This document shows, piece after piece, positions 10,512-21,510 of a stretch of 64,000 bases of DNA. The notes under the pieces were generated by a model that saw only the letters and a program-made list of their open reading frames with translations, had not been told where the DNA came from and did no database searches. The DNA is taken from positions 1 through 64,000 of IMG/VR virus record IMGVR_UViG_3300048583_000034. One strand, given 5' to 3'. A program made the translations under genes and the position numbers. Numbering within the stretch: the stretch's first letter is position 1; every line of letters begins with the position of its first letter. This DNA is from a virus.

Positions 10512-12338
10512 ATGGCTTCTGGTGGCATGGTAAACAATCCAAATAATAGATCAAACATTTCGAGAGACGGAAAATCCTCAAATTATGATCGTTCTATGTC
10601 TTCCTATTTAAAGACTAGAGCGCCATATAATTATAATGTTTTAGATTCAGAAGAAGCAAAAAATCCAAAATATAAGTATTTCCAACATGTTGGAATGCGT
10701 AGACCAGAAGCTATTGCTAAGAATTCTGTTACTCTAAATAACGATTTTAACAATACAGCATTTTCTTCTATCGAGCGAGACAAAACTTTCTCTGATGTCA
10801 TGTATGCGACAGCATCCGAAGATAAACCGGGGCGTCTCCGTGATTATAGAACGATGGCATCTTTCTCCGAAATTGCCGATGCTTTAGATGAAATCTGTGA
10901 TGAAACGATCAACCCTGATGAAAATGATGAGATCGTTAAACTAAAATTTAAACATGTGAAAGATTTAGATTCTGATAAAAAGGAACTAATTCAGGAAGAA
11001 TTCACAAAATATATCGAACACTTTGATTTACATAATCACGGTTGGCAATATTTTAGAGACTTCTTAACCGAAGGTGAATTGTTTTTCGAACAGATCGTTC
11101 ACGAAGATTATATAAATGAGGGAGTTTTAGGCGTCGTCAAAATCCCTTCGGATATGATAGACCCTGTTTATAGCAACATCCAAAACATGCTGATCAAAGC
11201 ATTTTTGTATCAAAAACCTATCTTCGATCCGAACGATCCTAGAAAAGTTGAAAAATATGAACCAATCCCATACGAAGAAAACCAAGTCGTATATGTTAAT
11301 AACTCTACTTATAACGAAACTAGGGAGTTCATAATTCCGTTTATCGAAAATGCTAGAAGAGCATATAGACAACTTTCCATGATCGAAGATGCTGTGGTTA
11401 TACACAGAATGGTTCATGCTCCACTTCGTTTTGTATTCAACGTCGATACTGGTAGATTACCAGTTCCACAAGCAGAAGCATATTTGAGAAGATTACAAGC
11501 TCAATACTGGTCCACTAAAACTTTCGATTCTGATCAAGGAGATATTGTTAAAAAGTATAGTCCACAATCAACATTAGATTCATATTGGTTCGCCAAGAGA
11601 CAAGGTCAAGAAGCTACTACGGTTGAAACTATTGGTGGAACTCCGGGCGATGACCAAATGGACACGCTATACTTCTTCATCAAGAAGTTATATCGTTCTC
11701 TGAAAACGCCCGCGTCTCGTTTAGATCCTGAAGATTCTTTCCGTGATGGCTCAGATATTCTTAGAGAAGAATTGAAATTTGCTCGCATGATTATGCGCCA
11801 GCAACAAAAGTTTGCCGCAGGATTGAAAAAAGGTTTCATCACCCACCTTAAACTTCGCAAGATGTTTAGTGAGGAGGGTTATGATTTAACAGAGCAAAAC
11901 CTAAACGTTGTTTTCAATCCACCGTCTAATTTCTATGAACTTAGAAATAATCAGAAGCAAGAGTTAAAGGTTAACACTTTCAACAACTTGGTTTCCACAC
12001 AAAAAATTTCTGATACTATGGCCATGAAAAAAGCTCTGGGATGGTCCGATAAAGAAATCCTAGCTAACAGAGAGTTTCGTCGCTTGGATGCAGCTTTTGA
12101 ATTTGAGATCCAACAAATCATGGCTATGGGGCCAGATTGGAAAGATCAACTTTTACAACAAGCCCAAGCAGGATTACCTGCCGAAGGTGGAGATATGGGA
12201 GGAATGCCACCAGCGGGTGGAGGTTCAGCAGTTCCACCACCTTTCGGGGGAGCACCTGAAGCAGATGCATCTACACCACCACCTAATGCTGGAACACCAC
12301 CAGAGATGCCAATAGTTGGTCAAGAGCAACCAGTTTAA
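10512..12338 (+). CDS. gp20: Portal protein
   Basis: YRTMA..EIADALDEI, QLSMIEDAVVIHRMVHAP, REELKF; start from TAAATA-N5-ATG. Confidence 0.95.
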   Translation: MASGGMVNNPNNRSNISRDGKSSNYDRSMSSYLKTRAPYNYNVLDSEEAKNPKYKYFQHVGMRRPEAIAKNSVTLNNDFNNTAFSSIERDKTFSDVMYATASEDKPGRLRDYRTMASFSEIADALDEICDETINPDENDEIVKLKFKHVKDLDSDKKELIQEEFTKYIEHFDLHNHGWQYFRDFLTEGELFFEQIVHEDYINEGVLGVVKIPSDMIDPVYSNIQNMLIKAFLYQKPIFDPNDPRKVEKYEPIPYEENQVVYVNNSTYNETREFIIPFIENARRAYRQLSMIEDAVVIHRMVHAPLRFVFNVDTGRLPVPQAEAYLRRLQAQYWSTKTFDSDQGDIVKKYSPQSTLDSYWFAKRQGQEATTVETIGGTPGDDQMDTLYFFIKKLYRSLKTPASRLDPEDSFRDGSDILREELKFARMIMRQQQKFAAGLKKGFITHLKLRKMFSEEGYDLTEQNLNVVFNPPSNFYELRNNQKQELKVNTFNNLVSTQKISDTMAMKKALGWSDKEILANREFRRLDAAFEFEIQQIMAMGPDWKDQLLQQAQAGLPAEGGDMGGMPPAGGGSAVPPPFGGAPEADASTPPPNAGTPPEMPIVGQEQPV

Positions 12339-12631
12339 TCACAAAAAGATACACAATTAAACGCAGAGGAATAATAGTAATTTGTGCCATAATTTCTGGT
12401 CAAGTTGACACCAGCATCACTAGGAACTGCACACTTTAAGAAATACAATTGTGATCCTGTATTGGCTTGAACGTGGGTATATTGTGTTGTTTGTCCCCAT
12501 AAAATAAACTCATTCGCAGAATTTCTATAATATTTCGTCCCAGAATTGGCGTTCATATTTAAACCAGCATCACTTGGAATTCCACAAGAGATTCCATAAT
12601 ATTGGGTGCCAAAGTTATCAGTCAAAGCCAT
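12335..12631 (-). CDS. Small late protein with two internal repeats
   Basis: Two C.(I/V)PSDAG.N...N.GT.YY..SA units; TAAATA-N5-ATG. Confidence 0.65.
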   Translation of the reverse strand: MALTDNFGTQYYGISCGIPSDAGLNMNANSGTKYYRNSANEFILWGQTTQYTHVQANTGSQLYFLKCAVPSDAGVNLTRNYGTNYYYSSAFNCVSFCD

Positions 12632-12658
12632 AGGTATATTTAATACTAAATAGATATT

Positions 12659-13804
12659 ATGAGTGATCTTTGTGAAGTAACTCCCATCTCAGCTTTCCTG
12701 TCCACCAATTTAAGTTCTAAAATTGGTTGTTATCAAGCTTTGGGGGAAAGAATTTTGAGAATGTTGGGACATCCAATGATTAATGTGGAGGTTCACCCGG
12801 ATCAATTATATGACGCTATCTCCATGTCCTGCGAATTCTTCACAAAATATGCTGGATACACTAAAGAGTATTTGATCTTTGATAGCAGACTATATGAGCA
12901 CGATAAAGGTATTCGCTTGGATTATCTTTACACGGTGGCGAATACTAATTTCACGTTAGCGCAGAATTTGGCAGATTCAACTAGACCAACCCCAGATTTT
13001 AATGTGGCACTAAGAGAAAATTTGTATATTGCAACATCGGCAATCCCATATTCTTATTTTCTATCATCCTCCGCTCTAAGTGGTTCTGTTCCAACAGAGG
13101 GTATAGAAACTTTGGATGTTTTATCTGAAGCCTCCTACTCTCAATTAACCGCATTTGATTCTTCAGTTGCGAACTATTTCAAACTGTCTCCAAGAAAAGG
13201 ATTCTCCATGCAATGTGAGAATGTTCAAGATGTTAAGAAATACAATAACATTTTCGACTATGATATAATGGACTATAGAAAAGTTATAGATGTCGTGGAC
13301 TTTGTAGAGGGAAGTTCTAGTGGTATTAATACGCTGTTCAGTATGGAACAAACTCTGGCACAACAAACATATTATTCGTATGCTATGGGGAATTTCGGAT
13401 TTGATCTTCTATCTTGGCACACGGTCAAAGATTGGCAAGATACTAGAGAAAAAGTCCTAGCTATCAAAAGAGATATTCAATTCGATAGTAGAACACAATA
13501 TCTGAGAATGTATCCACAACCAAGACCAACATCAAATTTTGTTGGTGTTTTGGAATGTTATGTGGAAAGACCTCTGAAGGATATTGTCAAAGAAAAGTGG
13601 GTTTTGGATTACTCTGTGGCCTTAACCAAAATAATGTGGGGTAGAATTCTTACTAAAATCACTGGTGTTAATATGCTTGGTGGTGGAACTTTAAATGGAG
13701 GCGAAGTCCTTCAAGAAGGAGTCTCCGAAAAAGCCGCGCTTGAACAATTCTTAATCGAGGGTGGTTATGGTGATTTCGAAGGAATCGGAATGTTTATTGG
13801 ATAA
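12659..13804 (+). CDS. gp13: Neck protein, gp13-like
   Basis: LRMLGHPMINVEV..DQ, WVLDYSVALTK..WG..L.K and GGGTLNG motifs. Confidence 0.85.
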   Translation: MSDLCEVTPISAFLSTNLSSKIGCYQALGERILRMLGHPMINVEVHPDQLYDAISMSCEFFTKYAGYTKEYLIFDSRLYEHDKGIRLDYLYTVANTNFTLAQNLADSTRPTPDFNVALRENLYIATSAIPYSYFLSSSALSGSVPTEGIETLDVLSEASYSQLTAFDSSVANYFKLSPRKGFSMQCENVQDVKKYNNIFDYDIMDYRKVIDVVDFVEGSSSGINTLFSMEQTLAQQTYYSYAMGNFGFDLLSWHTVKDWQDTREKVLAIKRDIQFDSRTQYLRMYPQPRPTSNFVGVLECYVERPLKDIVKEKWVLDYSVALTKIMWGRILTKITGVNMLGGGTLNGGEVLQEGVSEKAALEQFLIEGGYGDFEGIGMFIG

Positions 13805-13838
13805 TTGACAAATAATTTCATTTCATTAAATAGTTTTA

Positions 13839-16073
13839 ATGAAATTGTTTGGCGATGAAGTTAACCATACTTCAACTAATTCGCCTCTAAACATCTTACA
13901 AGTTGAAAATTTTTCAGAAATTTTCTTCGGTGTTTTTGAGGTTGAACTAAATGGACAGAGATACCCAGTGGAAAAAGTTTCCGAATATAAAGGAAACCCA
14001 GTGGTTCATATTCCTATTCGAATAGAGAGTGTTGATGTATTGTATCCTTTTATATTATGTAAAGGGAAGTCCGAGGTTATATTTTCCGAGAAGAATTTAG
14101 GATTGCCATCCGAAGATTCCATCATAGATGCTACTCCAGAAGTATTGGAGCAGTATAGTTTAGCAAAATTGACACCCCCTATTGTCGAACAAGATTCATC
14201 CGAAGAAATCTCGATAATTGATGAGAGTGTAAAGGAACTTATATATGATATAGTTTCTGAAAACACTTCCCGTGAAGATATCGAGAAGCATATAAATGAA
14301 GCAAAAGAAGCTGCCAAAAATGCTGTCAAACTTTATAAGTTGAAACAACTCAAAGAAATATCTGATAAACATGATAGATACAATCAAGAGTTGTCCAAAA
14401 CATTGGAAGAGGCTAGGGATTCTTTAGTTTCCGAATTCGTTTCTATATCTAATAAGATAAAAGACGAAATCGTGAACGAATCAACTGATAATTTTTCTAT
14501 TCTTAGGGAAAAATTAGATACTAGAGTATTTGATATCTCCAATGAATTGAGAAACTCTTTAGACGAAAACTTTGAAAAATCATCAGTCATCTTTGATAAG
14601 AAGATAAGAGAGATAATCATCGAAGCATATAATGCCAAAGTCTTACCAAAAGTTGAAAAAGAACTTAACGAAATAGCTCTACAAATCGTAGAGAAAGTTG
14701 ATGGTATTGAAAATGAATTATATTCAAAACTAGAGAATAAAGCAGATCTAGTGAAATTAGAATCTTTCGCTTCCGAAATTGACACGATCAAAAAATCCAA
14801 CATCGAGTTAAATGATACCTTCACAAAGGGTTTAAATAAAGCCCTTAGCAGAGTTGGCAATGTCAATGCTTTAGTTGAAAAGATGGGAGATGATTTAGAT
14901 AATAGGATATCTGCATCCATTTCCAACATGGAGACTGTCTTGGAACAATTCAAAACAGAAGCTCCAGAAATTTTATTAGAAGCTAAGAATAAAAAATTAT
15001 CAGAATTTGATAAGCTGAAAAAAGATTATGATACGATCATACATAATAAGTTTGAAAAATATAAAGTAGAACTTAGAAAATATGCCATTTCTTATGGTGG
15101 TGGAGGGGGGACGGTCGCACAACAATTTGCTGACGGTGGAATCATAAATGGCAATATAGTCATTAATGGATCTATTCAAGCAAACAATTATATTGGTCTA
15201 TCTGGTGGGTCAGATGTGTCTGGACTTTCCGCAAATTGGCAAAACACTTACAATACTGTGAAGTCATTATCATCGGGTTGGGGATCTGGTGGAGGTGGTG
15301 TTTCAAATGTATCTGGATTGTCCGCCAATTGGGAAACTGCATCATCCAAAGTTAGAGCCTCTTCAGCAAACTGGGACAATGTTTATAATACTGTCACAAA
15401 CTTATCTTCCGGGTGGGGTGGATCGGATGTTAGTGGATTATCGTCCAGATGGGAAATCGCATATACTTCATTATCGACAAAGGCCAACCAGACTCAGTTT
15501 GCATTGTTATCATCACAAACAACCTCTGATTTATCTAATTTATCATCGTCCAAGGCTAATATTGTTGGTGGAAATAATTTTATAGGGAATCAGAATATAG
15601 CGGGAACTTTATCCGCTAGCGGTAGCCAACATTGGGGATTAACTAGAAAATTTTGGTTGCTTCCAGATTGGGCAGGAATTGGTGAACTTCCAGCAGGAAC
15701 ATTATTCGGTTCCAACGGTGCGTCGTCTGGGTCATTTTCATTTTTTCCATCTATTAATGGTGGAACGGTTGGTGATAAAGTGATTATGGGCTACGCTTCT
15801 TCTGGTGGCACAAATGTATATTCTGCTGTTGAAATAGGAAATGTAGCAAGCGGATTCGGTGATTTGGTGTTGATGAAAAGCGGAGGGGCCGTTTTAATTG
15901 GAACTGATGTAGACAATGAAACACATAAACTACAATTGAGTGGATCTGCTTCTATATCATCAGATGTGGAGATCACAGACTTTACCAAGGGAGTGGTGCT
16001 GAGATCTGCAAACGGAACTAGATTCAGGATAACTATTACTGATAGTGGAGCACTCTCATCCACTGCTTTGTGA
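13839..16073 (+). CDS. Coiled-coil virion protein with a fibre-like C-terminus
   Basis: Long helical N-half, SGLSANW repeats, terminal GVVLRSANGTRFRITI. Confidence 0.55.
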   Translation: MKLFGDEVNHTSTNSPLNILQVENFSEIFFGVFEVELNGQRYPVEKVSEYKGNPVVHIPIRIESVDVLYPFILCKGKSEVIFSEKNLGLPSEDSIIDATPEVLEQYSLAKLTPPIVEQDSSEEISIIDESVKELIYDIVSENTSREDIEKHINEAKEAAKNAVKLYKLKQLKEISDKHDRYNQELSKTLEEARDSLVSEFVSISNKIKDEIVNESTDNFSILREKLDTRVFDISNELRNSLDENFEKSSVIFDKKIREIIIEAYNAKVLPKVEKELNEIALQIVEKVDGIENELYSKLENKADLVKLESFASEIDTIKKSNIELNDTFTKGLNKALSRVGNVNALVEKMGDDLDNRISASISNMETVLEQFKTEAPEILLEAKNKKLSEFDKLKKDYDTIIHNKFEKYKVELRKYAISYGGGGGTVAQQFADGGIINGNIVINGSIQANNYIGLSGGSDVSGLSANWQNTYNTVKSLSSGWGSGGGGVSNVSGLSANWETASSKVRASSANWDNVYNTVTNLSSGWGGSDVSGLSSRWEIAYTSLSTKANQTQFALLSSQTTSDLSNLSSSKANIVGGNNFIGNQNIAGTLSASGSQHWGLTRKFWLLPDWAGIGELPAGTLFGSNGASSGSFSFFPSINGGTVGDKVIMGYASSGGTNVYSAVEIGNVASGFGDLVLMKSGGAVLIGTDVDNETHKLQLSGSASISSDVEITDFTKGVVLRSANGTRFRITITDSGALSSTAL

Positions 16074-16110
16074 TTGACATCCTAAGTTGCTCCATTAAAT
16101 ATAACATAAT

Positions 16111-17409
16111 ATGCCCTTACACTTAATAGAATTTGGCAACCAAACTATCCAAGGAAGTCTAAGCACGAATAGTGGTAGTAGTGATCAATGGTCTTCTGCT
16201 TATACCACTATTCAAGCTAATAGTGGTTTTTGGGGGGCGGGTGGTGGGTCAGATGTGAGTGGGTTATCTGCTAGATGGGAAACCTCATTTGTCACTCTTT
16301 CCACAAAAGCAAACCAAACACAATTTATAACGCTGTCTACCCAAACAACATCCGGGTTAAGTAACTTATCTTCCACCAAAACTAATTTATCTGGCGGCAA
16401 TTTTTTTATCGGAAATCAAAATATTGACGGCAATTTAGAAATTGGCGGGTTTGCTGTTTTCAATAACGGCGCTAGTGGTATCACCAAAAACGATATTGGA
16501 TTAGATGAAGTTGATAATACTTCTGATCTAAACAAGCCAGTTTCTACAGCGACTCTAAGTTCAATAGAAAAAAAAGGTAACAAGATTGTTGTCACCGAAT
16601 ACACTTCTGGAAGCGGATCTATCGATTTGCCGGATGGTGCTATTTCCTTTGAAATAATTATGATAGGCGGCGGCGGTGGGGGTGGATCAGGACGTAGGGG
16701 TGGAGCAGGAACCAATAGGGGAGGTGGTGGCGGCGGTGCGGGCGGGGGATATCTAAGAGGTATAAATTTACCTGTTTCTAGTTTTGTCTGGCCAGTAGCT
16801 TATTCAGTTGGAAACGGAGGTTTAGGTGGCGCAAGTGCTTTTTCTGATGATACTAATGGTAATCCCGGAAATAATACTACAGGTAATACAACTTTCGGAC
16901 CATTTACCGCACAAGGTGGTAATTCTGGTGGGGGTGGGTCTACAGCCGGGGGTGGCTCAGGTTCCGCTTCTGCTAATCTTGTAGCGATATTCGGAATAAC
17001 TAATATATCTAACTTAGCCGGTGGTTCTGGTTCTGCTGCGAATGGTTCTGCTGCGAATACATCACCACAAATGTTTCCTACAGGAGGTGGTGGTGGTGGC
17101 GGTTTAAATACTTCAAACACTAACGGTAATGGGGGAGCAGGTGGTTCAATCGGAGCAAACCCTTCTTTTTTATTAGCGGGAGGTGCTCAAAACATAGGAA
17201 ATGCAGGAGGTAATGGAAATCAATGTTTTATACTCACAGGAACAGGTGGGGGAGGTGGTTCCGTTAGTTCTGGTCAAGGTAGGCCCGGTGGTAATGGTGG
17301 TAACTATGGTGGCGGCGGTGGTGGTGGATCAGCATCCTTAAACGGTTTTATTTCGGGTAAAGGTGGGGATGGGGGGGGTGGCTTTTTGAGAATAACTTTC
17401 TTTTTTTAA
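16111..17409 (+). CDS. Glycine-rich fibre-like virion protein
   Basis: GGGGGG tracts; shares a module with the preceding gene. Confidence 0.6.
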   Translation: MPLHLIEFGNQTIQGSLSTNSGSSDQWSSAYTTIQANSGFWGAGGGSDVSGLSARWETSFVTLSTKANQTQFITLSTQTTSGLSNLSSTKTNLSGGNFFIGNQNIDGNLEIGGFAVFNNGASGITKNDIGLDEVDNTSDLNKPVSTATLSSIEKKGNKIVVTEYTSGSGSIDLPDGAISFEIIMIGGGGGGGSGRRGGAGTNRGGGGGGAGGGYLRGINLPVSSFVWPVAYSVGNGGLGGASAFSDDTNGNPGNNTTGNTTFGPFTAQGGNSGGGGSTAGGGSGSASANLVAIFGITNISNLAGGSGSAANGSAANTSPQMFPTGGGGGGGLNTSNTNGNGGAGGSIGANPSFLLAGGAQNIGNAGGNGNQCFILTGTGGGGGSVSSGQGRPGGNGGNYGGGGGGGSASLNGFISGKGGDGGGGFLRITFFF

Positions 17410-17471
17410 AATGATATTACTCCACTCTCGTAATATCGTGTGATTATACTTATAAAATTTTTCTTTAAGCT

Positions 17472-17966
17472 ATGTCATCATTACCCCTACAAAAAAATAG
17501 TAAGTTTAGGCAAGGGTTTTACCATCCAAAAAACCCAGATAAACTTATAGGTATAGATGTTCCAGTTTATAGATCTGGAATCGAACTCAAATTTTTTCAA
17601 TGGTTGGATAATACTGACACGGTTATTAGATGGTCCAGTGAGGGGATAACTGTTCCATATTATGATCGAATCAAGAAGAAAAATAGAACATACTATGTGG
17701 ATAACTACGTAGAAATACGTGAAGGTGAGAACATTAAGAAATATCTCATTGAGTTGAAGGATCTTAGGGAAACCATCAAACCAGATAGAACCAATAGGAA
17801 AAAAAGAAAGTCTACACTTTTAGCTGAACAAGTTCGTTGGGAAAACAATATGGATAAATGGAAGTATGCCAAAGCATACGCCCATAACCACAATATGGAC
17901 TTTTTGGTTTTGGCTCATAGTCAAAAGGATGGATTCACACCCGTAAAATTAGATTTCTTATTATAA
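17472..17966 (+). CDS. gp4: Head completion nuclease, gp4/TnsA-like
   Basis: YRSGIE, WSSE, PYYD, YYVD, LIELK and N..KW motifs. Confidence 0.8.
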   Translation: MSSLPLQKNSKFRQGFYHPKNPDKLIGIDVPVYRSGIELKFFQWLDNTDTVIRWSSEGITVPYYDRIKKKNRTYYVDNYVEIREGENIKKYLIELKDLRETIKPDRTNRKKRKSTLLAEQVRWENNMDKWKYAKAYAHNHNMDFLVLAHSQKDGFTPVKLDFLL

Positions 17967-17982
17967 TTACTTAAATATACAT

Positions 17983-18657
17983 ATGGCACTGAAACTTAAG
18001 TTAGCATATCTGGACCAGAATATTTTTGATGGTATGGAAATTGTTGAAGAGCAGAATAAACTAGGTTCTGGGAACTCTCTGTATATTCAAGGACCATATA
18101 CAGGAGTTGCTAAGAATAAAAACAAAAGAGTTTATCCAAAGGAAGAATTGGATCGTGATATCAATCGCTATATCAACGAGATGGTAAACACCAATCGTGC
18201 TATGGGAGAATTGAACCATAGTCAAACCGCTGAAGTTAATCCAGAACGTGCTTGTCACATGGTCACACAACTCCATGAAGATAACGGGACTTGGTATGGT
18301 AAATCAAAAATTTTATCCGGCGAAGGACTTCCAATTGGAAATCTTGTTAAAGGATTAATCAATCAAGGAGTTTCTTTAGGTGTATCCACAAGAAGCTTAG
18401 GAACATTGGAAGAGTCCACAGACCATAATATTGTAAGGAATCTACATATTGTCGCATGGGACATGGTTGCTGACCCTTCTTTCCCAACAGCTTTCGTAAA
18501 TGGTATATTAGAATCCAGAGAATTCGTTATTGGTGATTCTGGAAAATATGAAGAATCTTACTCTAAATTAGACAATGGCTTATCTTCTTTACCAAAAAAA
18601 GATGTTGAAAGATATCTTCGTGACCAAGTTATACGTTTCATAAACTCTCTTAACTAA
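17983..18657 (+). CDS. gp21: Prohead protease
   Basis: NKNKRVYP, GELNH, LGVSTRSLG and DMVADPS motifs. Confidence 0.93.
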   Translation: MALKLKLAYLDQNIFDGMEIVEEQNKLGSGNSLYIQGPYTGVAKNKNKRVYPKEELDRDINRYINEMVNTNRAMGELNHSQTAEVNPERACHMVTQLHEDNGTWYGKSKILSGEGLPIGNLVKGLINQGVSLGVSTRSLGTLEESTDHNIVRNLHIVAWDMVADPSFPTAFVNGILESREFVIGDSGKYEESYSKLDNGLSSLPKKDVERYLRDQVIRFINSLN

Positions 18658-18665
18658 ATAAGATA

Positions 18666-19052
18666 ATGAGTAAAGTTTTAAAAGATCTGAAAAAATCCGG
18701 TGGCAAAGTAGTCTTTGACGGACCAAAGATAAAGGAGCGCAAAAAATTTGCCCCCGCTACTAAAGTAGAAAAATCTAAAAAAACCTATGATCGATCCAAA
18801 CAAACATTCGAAGAGGATGAAGAAAAGAAAGATTGTTGGAAAGGTTATAAAAAGAAAGGAACTAAAATGAAGGGGAACAAAAAAGTTAATAATTGTGTAG
18901 AGGAGTCAACTTCCGAACATAAAGATATTAAAAAGTTCTTAGATCATCTGGTGTTCAATAACTACGCAGAGGCTAATAAGTGTCTCCAAAGAGTTCTTGA
19001 GAAAAAACTTTCTGAAAAAATCAAAGCAGAATTAAATACTCCACTCTTTTAA
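18666..19052 (+). CDS. Small head-associated protein
   Basis: CWKGYKKKGTKMKG..VNNCV motif; lies between gp21 and gp22. Confidence 0.5.
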   Translation: MSKVLKDLKKSGGKVVFDGPKIKERKKFAPATKVEKSKKTYDRSKQTFEEDEEKKDCWKGYKKKGTKMKGNKKVNNCVEESTSEHKDIKKFLDHLVFNNYAEANKCLQRVLEKKLSEKIKAELNTPLF

Positions 19053-19064
19053 CTAAATATATTA

Positions 19065-19943
19065 ATGAGCCTTAAAAATCTATTTTCCGAAGAAGTTCAA
19101 AAGATTCTCACCGAAGATTCTTTGAATGCGATTCAAGAAGCAGTTAACTCAAAAGTTGAACTCGCCGTTTCGACTGCCCTTGAAGAGCAAGATACTTTAT
19201 ATGCAGAAAAGCTTGGGACTCTTATCAACACTATCGACAAAGATCATACCAAAAAAATGATCCGTCTTGTCGAAGCGGTGGATAAAAACAACGCTTCCAA
19301 ATTAGTCAAAATCGTTAAGCTATACGAAAGAGCTAATAAGAGCGATGCTAAGAAATTTCAAAAACAAATGCTTCAAACAGTATCCGCTTATCTGGATACT
19401 TTCTTAGAAGAATCCATCAAACCAGAAGATATCGCACAAGCTGTTAAAAATAAGAGTGCTTATAATATTCTATCCAACCTACGCAATGTTTTAGGTGTTG
19501 ATACTGCTCTGATGAATCCTTCCATCAAAGAAGCTGTTCTGGACGCTAAGTCTCAAATCGATACTCTAGCTACTGAGAACACTGAACTGAAAACTAAACT
19601 GGACAAACTTACTGAAGCTTATGAAAAGGTTGAGGTCAAAGCAGTTCTAGAAGAAAAGACTTCCAAGCTTCCTGAAGCTAAGAAAAACTTCATCAAAAAA
19701 GCTCTAGGTGATAAGACAGTTAAGTTTATCAACGAAAACTTCGACTATACCCTTAGACTTTTTGATAGAAACGAAAAGCAAAAGCTTTCAACTTTAAAAG
19801 AAGAAGCTATTAATAACCGCACCGTTAAGCCAGATATTGTTCCCCCACAAAAAGTTGTAGAGGAAAAGGTAAATAATGATAGTGACGGTTCAGAAATGTA
19901 TCTCACAGAGCTTTCCAAAGCTTGGCCAAAAACTAAGCGATAA
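19065..19943 (+). CDS. gp22: Prohead core/scaffold protein
   Basis: Coiled-coil, acidic, VSAYLD; located before the major capsid gene. Confidence 0.8.
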   Translation: MSLKNLFSEEVQKILTEDSLNAIQEAVNSKVELAVSTALEEQDTLYAEKLGTLINTIDKDHTKKMIRLVEAVDKNNASKLVKIVKLYERANKSDAKKFQKQMLQTVSAYLDTFLEESIKPEDIAQAVKNKSAYNILSNLRNVLGVDTALMNPSIKEAVLDAKSQIDTLATENTELKTKLDKLTEAYEKVEVKAVLEEKTSKLPEAKKNFIKKALGDKTVKFINENFDYTLRLFDRNEKQKLSTLKEEAINNRTVKPDIVPPQKVVEEKVNNDSDGSEMYLTELSKAWPKTKR

Positions 19944-20004
19944 AAATCTCACCAAGAACCATGAGGCTTATGTAGCCTGAATAAATATAGAAAGAATAAA
20001 TTAT

Positions 20005-21465
20005 ATGAACGAAATTCCACAAACTGGTAACGAAAGTAAAATTCAAGGTCTTGTCCGTAAATGGGCAAAAGTTCTGGACTATAGCAGCGACTCGATCCCT
20101 GCTATCCAAAACGAGCACGTTTACAAAACGACTGCGATGCTCTTAGAAAACCAAGAAAAATGGTGTATCGAAGAAGCTGGCAACAACTCTGCTGGTATTT
20201 TTGGCGCAACTGGTAATGCTCAAGCTACGCAAGGCATTGTCAAGGGTGACACTTATGCTCCCGGAGATTCCCGTCTTCCTAAGATTCTCATTCCTATGAT
20301 TCGTCGTACTTTCCCTGAACTTATCTCCAACGAGATTTGCGGTGTTCAACCTATGGGTGGCCCAGTTGGTCTTGCTTTCGCTCTGCGTTATGCATATCAA
20401 TCAACCTTCCTTAATGAAACCGACCACGTTGGACAAGTAGTAGCTGGAACTGGTGGAACTAATCCCGGACTTGGATATACTGGCAATGCTGGTCTTCCCG
20501 GTGCAGGTGAATTAGGCTATCAACTTCTGGACACTCGCTTTACAGGTGTTTCTTCTGCTGCCCTATCAGGTCACGCAGAATGGGCATTTGCACATCAAGA
20601 TTCAGGTGTTGCACAATTACTCGAAAACTACGAGAACACAGGTCGTATTCCACAAATCGAAATGAAGTTTGAAAAGACTTCTGTTGAAGCTGGAACACGT
20701 AGACTTGCTACTCGTTGGTCTATCGAATTGGAACAAGACATCAAAAATATGCAAGGTATCGACATCGATGGCGAGCTTACTAATGCGATGTCCTATGAAA
20801 TCCAAGCCGAAATTGACCGTGAAGTAGTTATGCGTATGATCCAATCCGCGTTTAACGCTGGATATGGTGCTGGTATCTCCATCTGGAGTCCAGTAAGTGC
20901 TGACGGTCGTTGGACTGCTGAACGTAATATCACATTCTATCAACGTCTTATCATCGAGGCTGGTCGTATGGCTGCTCGTAACCGTAGAGGTGCCGCTAAC
21001 TTTGTTATCGCAACTCCTCGCGTTTGCTCTATCCTTGAAATGCTTCCTGACTTCAAAGTATTTGAAATCAATGGAACTGTCTCAACCGCTGGAGTTGGTA
21101 TCGCTAAGGTAGGAACTGTTGGTTCACGTTTCACTGTTTATCGTGACACTCGTACTGAAGTTCAGAACACAACTTATTATCCAAATAGCAACAGCTATAC
21201 TCCTACAAGAGTAAACCCTGTTGAATATGCTCTGATGGGTTACAAAGGTTCTGAATACTATGACACTGGTATTATCTACTGCCCTTATATCCCGATCATG
21301 GTGCAACGTGCCATCGATCCTGTTAACTTCACACCTCGCGTTGGTCTTATGACCCGTTACGGTATCGTTAACAACATCTTTGGAGCAGATCTCTACTACC
21401 ACATCATTGTTGTCAAGGGACTTGGTGTTGCCTTTACCCCCGGCACGGTTAGCACATATTTATAA
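20005..21465 (+). CDS. gp23: Major capsid protein
   Basis: LLENQ, RRTFP, GVQPM.GP.GL.FALR, EIDRE, YCPYIP and TRYG motifs. Confidence 0.97.
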   Translation: MNEIPQTGNESKIQGLVRKWAKVLDYSSDSIPAIQNEHVYKTTAMLLENQEKWCIEEAGNNSAGIFGATGNAQATQGIVKGDTYAPGDSRLPKILIPMIRRTFPELISNEICGVQPMGGPVGLAFALRYAYQSTFLNETDHVGQVVAGTGGTNPGLGYTGNAGLPGAGELGYQLLDTRFTGVSSAALSGHAEWAFAHQDSGVAQLLENYENTGRIPQIEMKFEKTSVEAGTRRLATRWSIELEQDIKNMQGIDIDGELTNAMSYEIQAEIDREVVMRMIQSAFNAGYGAGISIWSPVSADGRWTAERNITFYQRLIIEAGRMAARNRRGAANFVIATPRVCSILEMLPDFKVFEINGTVSTAGVGIAKVGTVGSRFTVYRDTRTEVQNTTYYPNSNSYTPTRVNPVEYALMGYKGSEYYDTGIIYCPYIPIMVQRAIDPVNFTPRVGLMTRYGIVNNIFGADLYYHIIVVKGLGVAFTPGTVSTYL

Positions 21466-21510
21466 TTCGTTATAAATAAGCGACTTACGGAAGTAAAGTT
21501 AAACGAATCT

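Noticed and set aside
13839-17409. Diversity-generating retroelement repeats
   Set aside because: Repeat differences are not adenine-specific and no reverse transcriptase is present in the window
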